Assembly: GCA_020137815.1 (NCBI GenBank)
Contig: CM035357.1
Span: 6,386,001 to 6,450,000 of the forward strand
Direction: 5' to 3'
Source: Hormiphora californensis
Taxonomy: Eukaryota; Animalia; Ctenophora
DNA length: 64,000 bases
A program made the translations under genes and the position numbers. Of this stretch, positions 1 through 24,874 are shown piece after piece (the stretch's first letter is position 1; the number at the start of each line of letters is the position of its first letter). Under the pieces are notes generated by a model. It searched no databases and was not told where the DNA came from. It was given only the letters and a program-made list of their open reading frames with translations.

Positions 1-916
1 GAATGGTACTGCTCCGGGGAAACCGGATAAAAAGCCCGGTTTATAAATTCCTGCTTTCCCTTGGGTTTGTTTTCCGGTAAAGGTTTTAGTCGGATTTAAC
101 CTTGCATGCATTTCACCTGTGGGTGTTTTTTTCCATTAAATGGTTTTCCGCCCTTTTTATAGAAAAGGTTTTTTTTGTTTTCAAACAGATCCTTCCCCCA
201 AAGACCTTTTGGGACCGGACCAAAAAAACCTCAGGACCCCAGGGGATTTCAAAAATTTTGACTTCTTTTTAAAACCCCAAAACAACTTTTGGGGAACTGG
301 TCCCAACACCCCTGTATAATTCGCTCCCTAGAACTGTGTCGTTCAGCTGCAGTATAACTTCTTGTGACTACCCTCGTACTGTGTTTGTTGTTAGTGCACG
401 TGTATACTATAATGGTGTACGTGATGTGATGTATATATCCTGTCCTTTCTATGCCACTAGAATTCTCTATCTTTGTGTCACAAAGTCATTCCCTTCATGT
501 CAATCTCAAGAAAAAATGATATTTAAACTCAGCTGAATAAAATGACATGACACAGCTTCCAGCTGGGGGAGTTTAGCAAATATTCTTTCCCAGTATTGTC
601 CAGTTCTCTCTCATTTCTCAACCCACCCCTTTATTTAGGCATTTTAATCTTGACGTTCATTCATTCTCCCATTCATTCATCCTTTCCAGTTCCTTCAGTT
701 TTATTCTCCATGACAACCGTTTTGGCATCTCCCTAATTCAGTGCCCCTCTTCAGTCAGTTTTCTCTTTCAGTCCCCTTCTTCAGTCAGTTTTCTCTTTCA
801 GTCCCCTTCTTTAGTATGCTTTCCAGCCTTCCCCCACTCTATATAAGCCCCCTTCCCAAACTCTATATAAGTCCCATTCCCCCACTCTATTATATAAGCC
901 CCCTTCCCCCATCTAG

Positions 917-3900
917 GAAGACCCCCTGGGCGGTGGTTCTACACCAGGGTCCGATACTGTCGCTGCCCTTCTTTCCTCCGCGGATCATAAAGTTATAGTC
1001 AAGACACCCTCATTTAAAAGGAAAACTAAACCGAATCTTGTCAGTCCCATGCGGAGTAGCATCTCGCCCGGGGTCTGGCAGAGGTCCAATGGACTGAGTC
1101 CGGGGAAGAGCCCGGTAATAATAGCACCGGGGGCTTTATATAATTAGTAGCACTGTGTCCTTGGGTGATTGGGCTTTAGCACGCCGAGTAGGCCACTAGG
1201 CATATTATGATCGAATTGGGATTTAGCACAGATGTACTGGCATTTTACCAGACTGTCACTGATTGTGGTGTTCAGTTGGCCATTAACAGGGCATTATTTG
1301 GTTTTGGTTTTTGATTCCGTCTTCCCGATCCCCATGCACCTCATAGAAACAAGTTTAACTTTTCTTTGTCACATATCATGGCTTCCATGAATCCCTGTAA
1401 AATGTAGTCTCTAGACCAAATACTATAATGAAAACTCAGCTCTTTTTATCCTGACGTCACATACAAAAATGACGTCACAATGACGTCACAATGTGACGGT
1501 TATACTCTGGCACCTTCTTAGCAGCTAGCCCCCACATGGAACCCCTATCCATCGTGTCGTTTTGTGTGTGTGAGACTGTGCAGCAAACTATCCCAGCAAG
1601 CATATGGTAACCATGGTAACAACCACATTCTACTGCTCTGTTACCATGGTGTTAACACTTCACATGTTAACCCCTCAATATATATCTCTAGACGGGTGGA
1701 ACAAATGACGTTAACATGAACAGAATGCCAGGAGGAAGGGTGGGAGCAAAAGAGAGTGTGGAGGTGAAGACAGAGATTAACAACTACTACACCATCGCTG
1801 AGATTCAGGTATTTTATTGTCTCATGTAACTGTAAGACTGTCCTCTCTGCACCGGGCTGGGACACGCCCCTTTTTTTGTATCATGTCCTCTCCGTACCGG
1901 GCCGAAATTACCAAACTTTTGTAATGGTAGTGGTGAGAGAGAGGAAATATAACAGTCCATTTTACAAAGGATAAAACTAAAATAGATAAATATTGAACGT
2001 TTGAAAGAATCATAAGACAGCACAAACGTTTGCCGATTGGGGACATTTGTACTGTATTTTGATTCTTTCGAATACATCTCTTGAGATACCACTATTAATA
2101 ATTCATTCAGTCAGTATACTACCATACTGTACTGTCATTCATTTCAATTGTACTGAGGTTGAGTGTGGATATATCTTCTTCATAAAGCTTCATAGTGCAT
2201 CATTCCAGCACAGTCATTTCCACAACAGGCCCCACACCACTCTGATCACCAGTATTGTCCGGTCTTTTCACAGAGGCCAGCATCTTCCGCACTTCACGAC
2301 TGAGTCCCCTTTTCCATAACTATTAGAACAACTGCAGTGTAACTCGCCTGGAAACACTGGAATAAACAAGCATCCGTTACAGCATAATATGGGCTAAGGT
2401 ATAAAAATGGAACATAGCTCCCACTACTCAGGATTGCTTGCACGATCTGCCCTCCAACCAGGACTAACACCATCTTAACACCATTCCTCCGCTGCTCTCT
2501 GGTCTCTGCGGGTGTATCATCTGCCTTCCGCAGCAACTTAATAGTCCGCCATGTGTGTTCCAGAGATGATACCAGGAGAGCAATCGTCAGTAGTTCAATG
2601 GCAAAATACCATGGAGTCTCAACAAGCGGACTAAATTTGAAGACCCGATCACTCTTTGCAGTAATGAAAGTAAGAGAAGCTGCAACCAGGCATATAACTT
2701 AGGGCGCCAAAACCAAAACCAATTACTTTCCTCAGGATCTCTTTGTATGGGATAGCAGTCAAACGGATCAGCGATTGCTCGATACCGGGAGAACGCCATT
2801 AGATACAGGAGGGCAACAGCATAGAGATTTCCCTGAGCGGTAGACAAGGGTGTAGACCTGATCAAATACAGTTGCATTATGAAAATCTGAGTCCTGATGA
2901 TGGGGTGTTTTTAATAATAGAATAGGTCCAGCTGGTAGAAATGAACACACCGAGGACAAGGTACACCCCACAAAGACAGGTTGTCAGTAGAGCCGGAATT
3001 GAGTTGGAGATCCGGGCAATCCGGGACTTGATTACAATTGGGTTGAGGAGAATACCGGGCAGGGACAGGAGGACGACCAGAGTAAGGAAGAGGGGGTCTA
3101 CATAGGATGGGAATGTCCATATGACCTCTTCTGGAGAGGTCGAGTTGTACGTATCAATAAAAACTCCCATATCAACCTAAGTAGTAGCCAAGTAGAAGTA
3201 GATACAGATCTATCTATTAGGGGACACGTGCAAGAAGGAAGACAAGATATAATGTCTCTCGAGCTCGATCTAGGACGCTAAGTGTTTGTTAGAAGCTATT
3301 TTTCACTCAGATCATAGCTTAACACACACTGCACCTGCTTAAAACAATTAAGAGCTTGGGAGAGAGAGAGCGAGAGAAATGTTATTTTGACTACGAATAT
3401 CTCCAAAATTATCATGTCCCTCAAATCCCATCCCTCCAGGCTGCACAGGAGAAGTTATCTTGTTCTCTGACGCCCGGTGCTGACCTGAGCTCAGTGCCAA
3501 TAAAGGACAGTGTAACGGGGGTGATTCTAACTAGGATCGACCAACTATCTCACATCAACCAGTTGGTGCTGAAATCAGCTGCTGTGCTGGGAAGGAAGTT
3601 CCACTTTGAGACGTTACAGGTACTTATAGTGCTAGATATGTTAGACCGGGGGGCGTTAGATCATTCCAGTTTTAGCTGTTCTATATTATTGTTTTGATTG
3701 ATAGCTGTATTTCACAGTGCTCTACCACATTGTTGTGGGCTACTGAGCTAGGTATCAAGATCAAATCTAAATAAATTCATTGTTCGTTCTATACTTCCAT
3801 ATGTTAATCACCCCGTTATCCAGGCTATCACCCCGAATATGAGTGAAAGTGCCCTTGAGAAAGCCCTGACAGAGCTAGTAGCGGCCAAGATTGTCGAGAG

Positions 3901-6900
3901 GTGCCAGGAAGACCGGCTTAGTGTGGCATTCTTCAGAAATCGCAGGCACGAGAGCCTACACCAACAACGAAACCTTAGAAACATGTCATACACGTACGTT
4001 GGGGTGGCATCAAATACTGAGTAATGTGCTTTCAGCAGAGCTGTTGATCATATATATATATATCTGTTTGGATGGTAGTCCATCTCGTTTCTCTCTATAT
4101 CTGTTTGGATGGTAGTCCATCTCGTTTCTCTACTTATATCGGTTATTTCCCCACCTATAGGTTTACTCACTCGATCCTACAAGAAACAACCTACGGTATT
4201 CTGTGTGCTGACCAGAGGAGAGTGCTTCATGAGGGCGCTGCAGAGCATCTTCAACTACGGTAGGAAGGAGGTTTTGAGAGGGAGGGAGATAGAGGGGAAG
4301 GGTAGGACTGGTAGTGGTAAAACTAAACTGAGATTCAAGTTCACATTTGAAACCCCTGAGATTCTAATCCCCCTCTTTACTAGGTTCCACAAGTGTGGGG
4401 AATGTGGTTGTGGCAAGTTCCTTCAGAACCCTCTGGGACCGCGGAACCCCTCTTCCGGGGTGGCATTCATTGGAGCGGCTCACGGGCTTAGTCTACTTGG
4501 CCGGTCCCAGCTGGAGACCTATGGAAGTGAGTTTGACACGATGGTTCCGTTTTAGCGCGGTTACCCACTTGGTATGGGCTGGGAAGGAGTTACAAGATTT
4601 ATCGAATTGTCTAGCTCACACCGCATTTCATGACATCATCTGCACAGCGCACTTCGGTAGAGCAAAAATCGAGACATGGAATCTAGATAACTTTTAATTT
4701 GTCTGGAGCTACTTGGGATTGAATATTAGATAGTAGTGCTCTGCACTAGCTAGCGTCCTCGTAGAAGAAGAAGAAGATTAGATAGTCTGGCGGATAAAAC
4801 TATGATAAAGACCTGTCGGTCTACAGACAGATATATTTTATAGCTGTCAGTGCAATGCCAAGGATCACTCTCTCTCTTTCTCAACAACTATCATTACTTC
4901 ATCGATAAAATCAGAGCTACCAGAAACTTAGGAACCTCTTGTTGACCCCTTACTCAACAATTGGTCCCTCGGTTAGCCCCCCCCCCCCCCCCCCCCCGGT
5001 TAGGTTGTCAATACCTTGAACTGTTCGCACGGTGTAGTCAGAACATGTCAGTTGTCTGCAGTGACAGGTGACTGTTCTTTCCTCTCTTTCCTTTCTCCTT
5101 CAGTCTTTCCCACTGCGACCCTTACTCAACAAACTACGACGCGGTTTAACCCCCGTTTGTTTTTCTTTTTCTCTTTCCCACTGTGACGCGGATTCACCAT
5201 CCCACCCCCTCCCTCAGACAGCCCCACCCCCATCCCCCTCCCTTTCAGACAGCGGTTTCACCCACCCCCTCCCTTCCTCAGACAGCGAAGAAGAGGATGA
5301 GAGTGAGGATGAAGAGGAAGAGGGAGACGGTCAGTTAACTAGACATGTGTGTGACAGTGTTGTGACAGTATGACAGTATGACAGTATATGACAAAACATA
5401 CAAGACAAAACCGAGACAGTAAGTTAGACTAATAGAACTTAATTGTACGACTGGACAACTTATACGTATAATAGTGAGTTGTGACATTGAGAAATAAAAT
5501 AAATTAATGCCCCCCTCCCTCCTCGTTAGATGGTTCCCAGTACTTCTCCAAGAAGGTTACAATAGGCAAGACAACAGAGATAGACCTTCCATTTAATGCC
5601 AGGAGGACTACTTTATTGGGGGCACCCTGTGTTGATGATATGAAGAAACTGCACAGGTCATCACTCGCTAATGTAAAACTGAAATTACAGGTTCGTGTCA
5701 ACTGGTGTGTTCTTGCCCTACGCGGTGAGGGAGATGGTAGAGCAACGCAACAACTAGTATGTTTTTTGGTTTTATAAACCCTTGTGAACGGAATTACTGA
5801 CTAAAATAGTTTTCTCCCCCAAAAATTTTAATAACATTCCCCACACAGAGCGCCAAGATGGAGGACAACAACAGGACTCTGTTAGAGTACAAGATGAAAC
5901 TAGTACACAAGGTCGAGGAGATACCGCCCTCTCCCCCACCACCCTCACCGCCACCACTAGCCACCACCACCGCCAGCTATTATACCGGGTGTCACCTGGA
6001 GATATCTGATCAGGACAGGTATGTGTGTGACGTCACGTGATACGCACATGTGACGTCACTGTGTGACGTCACTGCAAATCTTAATACTGTTACCTACGTA
6101 GTGTTGGTAGTACTTTCAATTTCTTTGACAAACCCTTTCTCTCTCTCACTCCTAACCCCATCCTAACCCCATCCTAACCCTATCCTGACCCCATCCTAAC
6201 CACCTAACCCCATCCTAACCTCCCTTCCTAACCCTCTCTCCTCAGTGGTACGGGTTCAGGTGTCTGCAGTGAGGAAGACAGCGACTGTTCCTCCCCTGAC
6301 ACTCCGGAACCCTCCAAAAAGAGACGTGCCACCTCGGAGAGCAATGTGTTCACTAACAGCTCCAGTTCGGATAACAACAAGAGCTCTCCAACAGCTGATG
6401 ATTCTGATATTGGGAGTATGACGAGTGTAGACCTTTCCAACATGCAGAAGGTAATAAGATTTTTTAAAGAATAGATTCAGAGTAAAACAACTTGGATGTG
6501 ATCTTGGAAAGCTGGCCAGCTCGGTCTAAAGACCGGCGAATAAGAACCTATTATAGAGAGGAACATGAGACATAATAACCCCACTAACACGCCTGACCAG
6601 CTCTACTTCTCTCTGGTAGATTGACGAATGGGTGCTAAACAAGGACCGATGTCACTGTCGAGTTGTCATCAGAGAGTTAGTTCCCTCGATAGTGAGGCAC
6701 TGGAGGGCGGCAGAGAGTTTTGAGAATCTGATGAATGTGATGATAGAGGCGGTGGGTGCTGCTGTGTATATGGGGGATAGTGAGGAGGCGTTCCATTGGA
6801 TCGAGGAGATAAACCGGAGATTAGAGGACAAGACGGTAAGGGGGCAGGGGGGGGTCTAGGGGAGGGTGGGGGTGTTGTTCTGAGTTACAGATCAATATAG

Positions 6901-9900
6901 CACGAACAGTATTACCTGCAGTAGTGGCATGGGAAGTTTTGTCTTGCATTCTGGACCCTCATAATATCCCCTCCTCCCTCTCTTCAGATAGTTTTATCAA
7001 GAACACAAGATGCAACTGTGATGTTCCTACAGGGTCAGGCTCACTTTAAAAATGGACAGATAAACGACTCAATAGACTGCTACAGGCGATCCCTCAAACT
7101 TTTAGGTAGGTGTTACTAGGTACAAGATTTTTATATTTGGCGATCGCCTTTTCTTTTTCATCTTTACCATGTTTAGTGTTTACTATCATGATATTTGCTA
7201 TGTTCTAACCCTCTATTACATTTGTTTCGCCATGTAGGGCGCGGTGAAATAGCAAGCTGCAACAACATCCTGTTCTGATCCCCTCTCTCTCCAGGTGCCC
7301 CACAACCCACATCCAAGCTAGAGGCACACATGAACCTCTCTTTGTTTGTTATGAAGCAAGCCTTTGAAGAGAAGTTTAAACCTACACCAACTTTGGAGCG
7401 GGCCCCTTTCAACTATGAGGAGGCGGAACGGTTCCACATTATTGTTCAGTGTTTGGGTGAGTGACTTGGCCTGGAAGACAGTTCTCGGTGTGTGTCTCTC
7501 TCTCTGTCTCTGTTTCTTGTCAACCGTTTCCGTTTCCCAGCGACTTCCACTGGCAACTACCTAACCACTGAGTCTTAATGGTTACCTCAGTAAGCTGAAT
7601 AGTATACGGAATTATAATGAACGTCGCTCCTCTATCCATCAAATTCGTAGAAATGTCCACTCTAATTAACCAGCCTTCTGTCTCAACTATCTGCAACTTA
7701 GTCTCAACGGGTGGTCTGGGTCAAACTAGCCCCCCCCCTTGCGCTCCTATAAACTAATTAGACTCTACTTACAGGTCGGTTAAGGGTGGCATTGGAAGTT
7801 CAATATAAGAACGTTCTGGCGTACTCTGCAGCTGTTGACCAATACAAATGGTGGATTACTAGTTCTCTAGAGCATAACTGAACATACGGCGTTAGTGCCA
7901 TGGAAGTTCCAATATAAAACGTTCATGCGTACTCTGCACTGTTGTATTAGAAATGTTTGATTGAAAGTAATCTAAAGGCACTTCCCATTTGTAGATCCTG
8001 AAAGGCTAAAATGCCACTTCACCAGACAACCAGGATGTACAGCTTCAAGCTGTCCTTTAGCGAGTAGTGGCTGAACTTTTTTAAATACAAATCAATATGT
8101 TTTTCAGCGTGAATTAAATCAGAAGGGTCCCTCAAAAGGCGACTTTAAACAAGTTTTTACGTCGGGGTTTTTAGGGTCCTTTCGAATTGTTAAATTTTGT
8201 TTCTACCTATTCTACAACTGATTGGATAATGGAAACTTGGTTGTAAAAAGTGTTTCTATTTGTATTAAAATTCCAAATCAAAATGAATGGATACATCTAT
8301 TGAATTCGGTCTTAAATTTTTTAAGACCTGTTGATGTAATATACATAAAGTTAAGTGAGCGTATGTCCATATTAGGATACATGTTTCCACCTGCCCACCC
8401 CTCAACTCAACAACTCATTACAGGGTGGAGGCTCGACTTGTACGGGCCATGGACACTGAAGCCCTCTCTCCCGACAACTCAATGGCCATATTTTACTGCT
8501 ACCTCCTTCTCACAGAAACTAAAATATCTGAAGGCTCCATATCAGCCGGTAAGAATAAAAAGAGGGGCTTCATTCTATAAATGGGATACTTAAATATGTA
8601 TCTTTCATTGTTATTTTTTTGTTATTTCCTTACCAGAACCCAAGTTATCACGCTTGGAATAGGGCACAAAACCTCACGCAGCTTATACTTTTTCCCTCCC
8701 CCTCCCCCGTCCTCTCAACCCCCTTCCCCCGTCCTCCCAACCCCCTGTCCTGTCAACCCCCTCCCCCGTCCTCTCAACCCCCTCCCCCCGTCCTCTCAAC
8801 CCCCTCCCCCCGTCCTCTCAACCCCCTTCCCCCGTCCTCCCAACCCCCTATCCTGTCAACCCCCTCCCCCAACCTCTAAACCCCCTCCCCCACTCCCCCA
8901 GGTGTTGAGCATGGTAGCAGTTACTTGTTGTTATCAACCCCCTCCACTCCCCCAGGTGTTGAGCATGGTAGCAGTGCCTTGTTAACCCCCTCCCCTCCCC
9001 AGGTGTTGAACATGGTAGCAGTGCCTTGTTGTTATCCGACAGCATGAAACACAGACTGCTGTTTGTATCAGCCTGTCCCTCTCTGGTCCTGGGGCACCTA
9101 CTCTCCAACGATAAGGATCAACTGTGCTACGTGTTACGGAACATGAACCGGTTCGCTGACGAGGTAATATCTGTGATAGAGAGTGATGGGGTATAGTGAA
9201 TTACATTGTTACCAATGTTCATACCAGGTGTTGCAATGTTGCACTTTACCTCACACACGGATATTGGGTGACGTATTCTAACACAGGTGGCTGGGTGGGT
9301 TGTTGTCAGACTCTCTCACAATATATATATACACGTGGTTCCCCTATTTCAACCGAGCCCTCGAGACCTCCAATTATAGTAGTCCTCTATTATGAGTTAG
9401 ATAGCTGTACTGGTCTGGAGGGTTTCTAGAGGACGGTTAATTAACACATCCCTCCCCCTCCGCAGATATCAGACTACGAGGGTCAAGCCTGGTTTGTTGC
9501 ATTTGCCCTGTTTCTCGAAACAGAGATTGACGAGCACCTGGAGAACTCCCTCATGTATAGAGAGTACATTTTCAGCAGTGTCAGTAGTGGAGATTTTACC
9601 AATGATTCCATTGCTAGGTGAGTGCTCCTAGTGCAGGCTCGATATTACCATGGCTACCTAGAATGCTATGTGAGAGAGCTCGCACCCTATCTAACCCCCA
9701 CCCCTATCTCCAGATACTGTATGCTGATATCTCTGGCACTGAGTTTTGCACGTGCTGGTAATGGTCAGCGTGCCACGTCATGGGTAACGGTAGCGCGGAC
9801 CCTGGCTCCCCCTGTCGTCAGCTCCCTGACCTGCGCCTTCTTCAGAACCCTCCTTCTGGAGACACTCATCCTGCTAGAGCAGCTGGGGTATAATGTGAGA

Positions 9901-10524
9901 AAGAGGGTTAGGACATTGTTGAAGGAATGTTTGAAACTGATTACTGTGTATCACTGTCTCAAACCAAGGGTACTCAGTTACCTTGCTTATGTTAAGTTAT
10001 CTGAGGGTCAAGAGAACGAGGCGACTGCTGCCCTGGTCAGGGCTCACCACTTTTCTACCACTTACAACCAACACCATGACACGATGAGGATCAAGATGTG
10101 TAGACGGAGTTGGATGGGTGTTAGTAGACCTAAAACCCTTCTTACTAGAATCCTCTCCAGCCGGAAAATACACACCATGTTCGAGAATGAAAGGGAGGAA
10201 GAGGAAAATAGAAGTGATAAGAGTGGAAATGAGGGTAACAAGATTTATATCCTGCCAATAACGTTCGAGTTGAACGCAGAGGATGGAGGTGCAAGATCGG
10301 TGGCGTATAGTGTGGTAGATATGTCAAGGACTTCTGTTGTAAGCAATAAATCAAATGAAAGTTCAGGGAACGCAGTTTCAAACAAACGCGAACCTGAGTT
10401 TTCAGATATTAGTGATGGTACGAGGAGACCGATGTCAACCATTACCGAAGAGAACAATAACAGTGTTACAGTTGGTGAGAATTTGCTGAGAACTCGAGAC
10501 AGTAATACGACATTGAAAGAGTGA
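917..10524 (+). CDS. ADCY10: Soluble adenylyl cyclase type 10-like, 3' part (post-P-loop, helical and TPR-like regions); 5' exons lie upstream of the window
   Basis: Phase-compatible GT-AG exons: 917-1114, 3440-3619, 3824-3993, 4161-4259, 4384-4526, 5282-5329, 5530-5690, 5849-6018, 6246-6450, 6620-6835, 6988-7105, 7295-7456, [garbled exon(s) ~7770-8100], 8424-8548, 9003-9163, 9466-9617, 9714-10524 (TGA). sAC-like motifs: VILTRIDQLSHINQLVLKSAAVLGRKF, FTHSILQETTYGILCADQRRVLH, HKCGECGCGKF, CHCRVVIRELVPSIVRHWRAA, LQGQAHFKNGQ...RRSLKLLG. Catalytic domains are not in the window. Confidence 0.85.
2200..3170 (-). CDS. Intronless rhodopsin-like 7TM receptor (~320 aa), nested antisense in ADCY10 intron 1115-3439; about 5 single-base frameshifts (sequencing error or pseudogene)
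   Basis: Stitched frames give an N-glycosylated N-terminus (NST), TM1 LFLTLVVLLSLPGILLNPIVI, TM2, ECL1 NATVFDQVY, TM3 end MAFSRYRAIADPF (DRY-like), TM4 VIGFGFGALSY..LVAASLTF, TM5 FAIELLTIALLVSSL, TM6 GVKMVLVLVGGQIVQAIL, TM7 ASYTAVVLIV, tail ...VEMTVLE* at 2200. Confidence 0.7.
6150..6232 (+). repeat. ~11-bp tandem repeat (CCTAACCCCAT)n immediately upstream of the 3' splice site at 6244-6245
   Basis: About 7 imperfect copies, most containing the branch-point-like CTAAC. Confidence 0.85.
8690..9030 (+). repeat. 20-bp C-rich minisatellite followed by a triplicated intron-end/exon-start unit
   Basis: (CCCCTCCCCCGTCCTCTCAA)~9, then CCCCAG|GTGTTGARCATGGTAGCAGT with exon-like starts at 8902, 8956 and 9003. 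Confidence 0.85.
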
Positions 10525-11099
10525 ATATATTTTGTTTGTGCGTGCGTGACCTATATAATAGTTAAACAGATTGCTTTCCAGTTTCCACTTTCGGATTATT
10601 TGTGAGAGCTTGAATGAGAGAGGAAGATAAAACCTTTCTCTCACATGTTAATTGTTTTTAATTTTTACCATTTTTGTATAGGAGTGTGTACAGAGAGATA
10701 TTTTTTTTTTGTTTGAAATGAGACAGGCCGTTTTGAGTGTATATGGCACCAAGGTGTTGTCAGACAGACAGATCTGTTATTTTGTACATCTCCCCATTTT
10801 GTGTACTGTTCTCTTTTTCAATGTTTTAGCGGAGTTCCCGTACTCCGAACCAGAAAGTCGACCGTGTTTAAATTTGAATTGCTAGAGAGATCTAGAACAA
10901 TCAGCGTCCAGCAACCTAGTAGAACTGGAGTTAGATATTAGCCTCATATCCATATCATGAGGAGGGTCAACTGCTGTCTGGCGGCACCGACAGTTGCCCG
11001 TTTGGTCTACTATTTTGCTGCGCGCGGTCTCTTTTGCGCAAATTCATCTGATCTGACCTCTTCGCGCGCTACGTCCTGTTTGTTTGAAGCGTAAAATTA

Positions 11100-11285
11100 G
11101 AGACGGTCAAGCATTGTCTCATATAAGACCGTCCTCTCCGCACCGGGCCGAAGGCCCGGTGCGGCTACGTGAGGCCGCGTAGCGGCCTCGCGTAGCGAGG
11201 TTGCATCGAGGTTGCATCGAGGTTGCATCGAGGTTTGCATCGAGGTTGCGCGATGTACAGTCAGTGTCTGACAAGTCAAGCAGGG
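11100..11285. repeat. Hairpin-rich short interspersed repeat (possibly Helentron/HINE-like non-autonomous element); partial copy at 1824-1910
   Basis: Perfect stem CCGCACCGGGCC-GAA-GGCCCGGTGCGG, a second stem CTACGTGAGGCCGC...GCGGCCTCGCGTAG, and (GAGGTTGCATC)~4. TAAGAC(C/T)GTCCTCTC(C/T)GCACCGGGC is shared with 1833-1858. Confidence 0.55.
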
Positions 11286-11747
11286 CATACAATAATAAAA
11301 AGTTGTTTGTCGTTTGTTGTCCTTGCCTTCACCTTGACCTACAGTGGGTCTGTGTTTGGGCTATAAACATATTACTTTTTGAGAGAGAGGAGAGGTCATG
11401 CTATGGCTGAGAGACGGATATCATAACACGCCATATCGACTGTCGCCAGTACCAAATTGACAAAATGATGACTCCGTGTTTTAAACAAGAGAAGAATATC
11501 AGCGAACCCCGAGAAAAATACTCGGGGCTAAAAACATTAAACAATAAATAAATCAAATTCAATCTAATTTGTAAAAACATCATGAAAGCATCGCGAAATG
11601 GGGCGAAATACTCAATGATGATGTATTATAAGGGTTTGTTAATCCTTGTTGTTAGTTTACATTAAAGCATAAAACAGACTGTCTACATTAGGAAAGTTGT
11701 TTTATGAGTGTGACACCAAATCAGTCCTTAGTTTGCCAACTCATATT

Positions 11748-23346
<11,599 letters not shown>

Positions 23347-23671
23347 TCGCTAAAGGTAGGTAGAAACATCAAGTGTCGTATTATACACATTATACATAGA
23401 ACAAATCCTTGTGTTTTAGTAGCACTAAATTACGCGGAATTGTGCGCCACACGGTTCCTGAAAACGTGTCAATACTCAATAAAGTGGTTTATGAAGGAGC
23501 AGTTTGTTGTTGTGTGCACTGTGCACGACTCCAGTTGCTACACGTTGTCCCTCGCAACTGAAACGGGACATCTTTGCTGGTCTTGCTATACATATTCACT
23601 ATGTCCGTTACAGATTTCTAAACCCCTATGTCTTTTTGCAAAAGGCACCCGGGTGAAGGCCTTCACTCGAG

Positions 23672-24478
23672 GGGGCGCCGTTACGATCTGGGTGGTTGGT
23701 GGCCTGTTAACAGGTGCACGCTGCCAAAAAAGTACGCTGCACTAGTATGGCTCTAACCGCCAAACCACTCAACCGTTTTGGCTAATCCAAAGTTTATCTG
23801 GTAGGAAATATCAAGGCCTAACCCCAACCCAAATCTAACCCCAACCGGCAACCATACTTTAGCCCTAACCCTAAAAAACGAAAAATCGTGAGTGCTGATA
23901 CTCCAACCACCCAGATTTGCACACGCTGGCCGCCCAACAAGGGCACGATTATAATCTGGGTGCCTTGCGGCCTGTTTACAGGTGCGCACTACCAAAAGAG
24001 TACACTTACACCGACTTTTTTCAAACGGCTATAGTCACGCAACCACATGGCCAATTTGAGTAAACTAAACGGTAACTGATAGAGAATCGATAGCCCTAAC
24101 CGATAACCCCAAACCAAACCCTAACCAGACCCTAACGGATAGCCCTAACCCGTCGCGTGCGCTAAAACTACGAATTGTTAGCAATGAAAGGCGGCCAGCG
24201 TTAAAATCTGGGTGTTTTGGGAGTGCTGACAAACGGTTTTTTAGGGTTAGGGCTAAAGTAGGGTTAGGGTTAGGGTTGGGGTTTGGGTTGGAGTTAGGCC
24301 TTGACATTCCCTACCAGATAAACTTTGAATCAGCCAAAACGGTTGAGTGGTTTGGCGGTTAGAGCCATTTTAGTGAATCAACTTTTTTGGCAGCGCGCAC
24401 CTGTAAACAGGCCTCCAAACACCCAGATCGTATAACGGCGCCCATGAAAGGCAGATTTTAACGTTTTCCGCCCAACAA
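23672..24478. mobile_element. Cluster of three MULE-type MITEs: A 23672-23931; B 23941-24469; A' 24193-24443 nested inside B
   Basis: Subterminal ATCTGGGTG...CACCCAGAT inverted motif; 9-bp TSDs GCCCAACAA (23932-23940, 24470-24478) and ATGAAAGGC (24184-24192, 24444-24452); internal (CCCTAA)-like repeats. Relatives at 50440-50495, 50521-51290, 55068-55292, 63290-63525. Confidence 0.8.
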
Positions 24479-24874
24479 GATCTTTGATTTTTTATTTAAT
24501 TTGAAACATCGCGCGCGCTCGATCAATATTTTTCAATTGCGCGCCACTATGTACCACGTATAAAGCAAAATAACCGCCAAGGCTGTTTTGTATTAATATT
24601 TGGACAGCACAAAAGGCAGAATTAAAACTGTACAAATTCTAAATTTACAAACATCAATAAATCAATAAATAAATTGTTTTTTTTCATTATTCAGTCTCTC
24701 CAGTAAGCGAGTAAAGGGCATATTGTGCCTCCAGACACATAGGTCCAGTACCCCTAGCTCTTTCTCTTAGCAGCCTCACTACTCTCCTGTCCCTCATTCG
24801 CAACTCTTTTACAGCCCTCATTACCTGAAAGGAAGGATAGAGTGGTAATACACATTTAGTGATTCTTAATGCAA

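Noticed and set aside
1-330. Window start as coding or regulatory sequence
   Set aside because: Homopolymer-inflated, low-quality-looking sequence with no interpretable signal.
23815-24300. CCCTAA/TTAGGG runs as interstitial telomere
   Set aside because: Degenerate and internal to the MULE-type MITE family in every copy seen.
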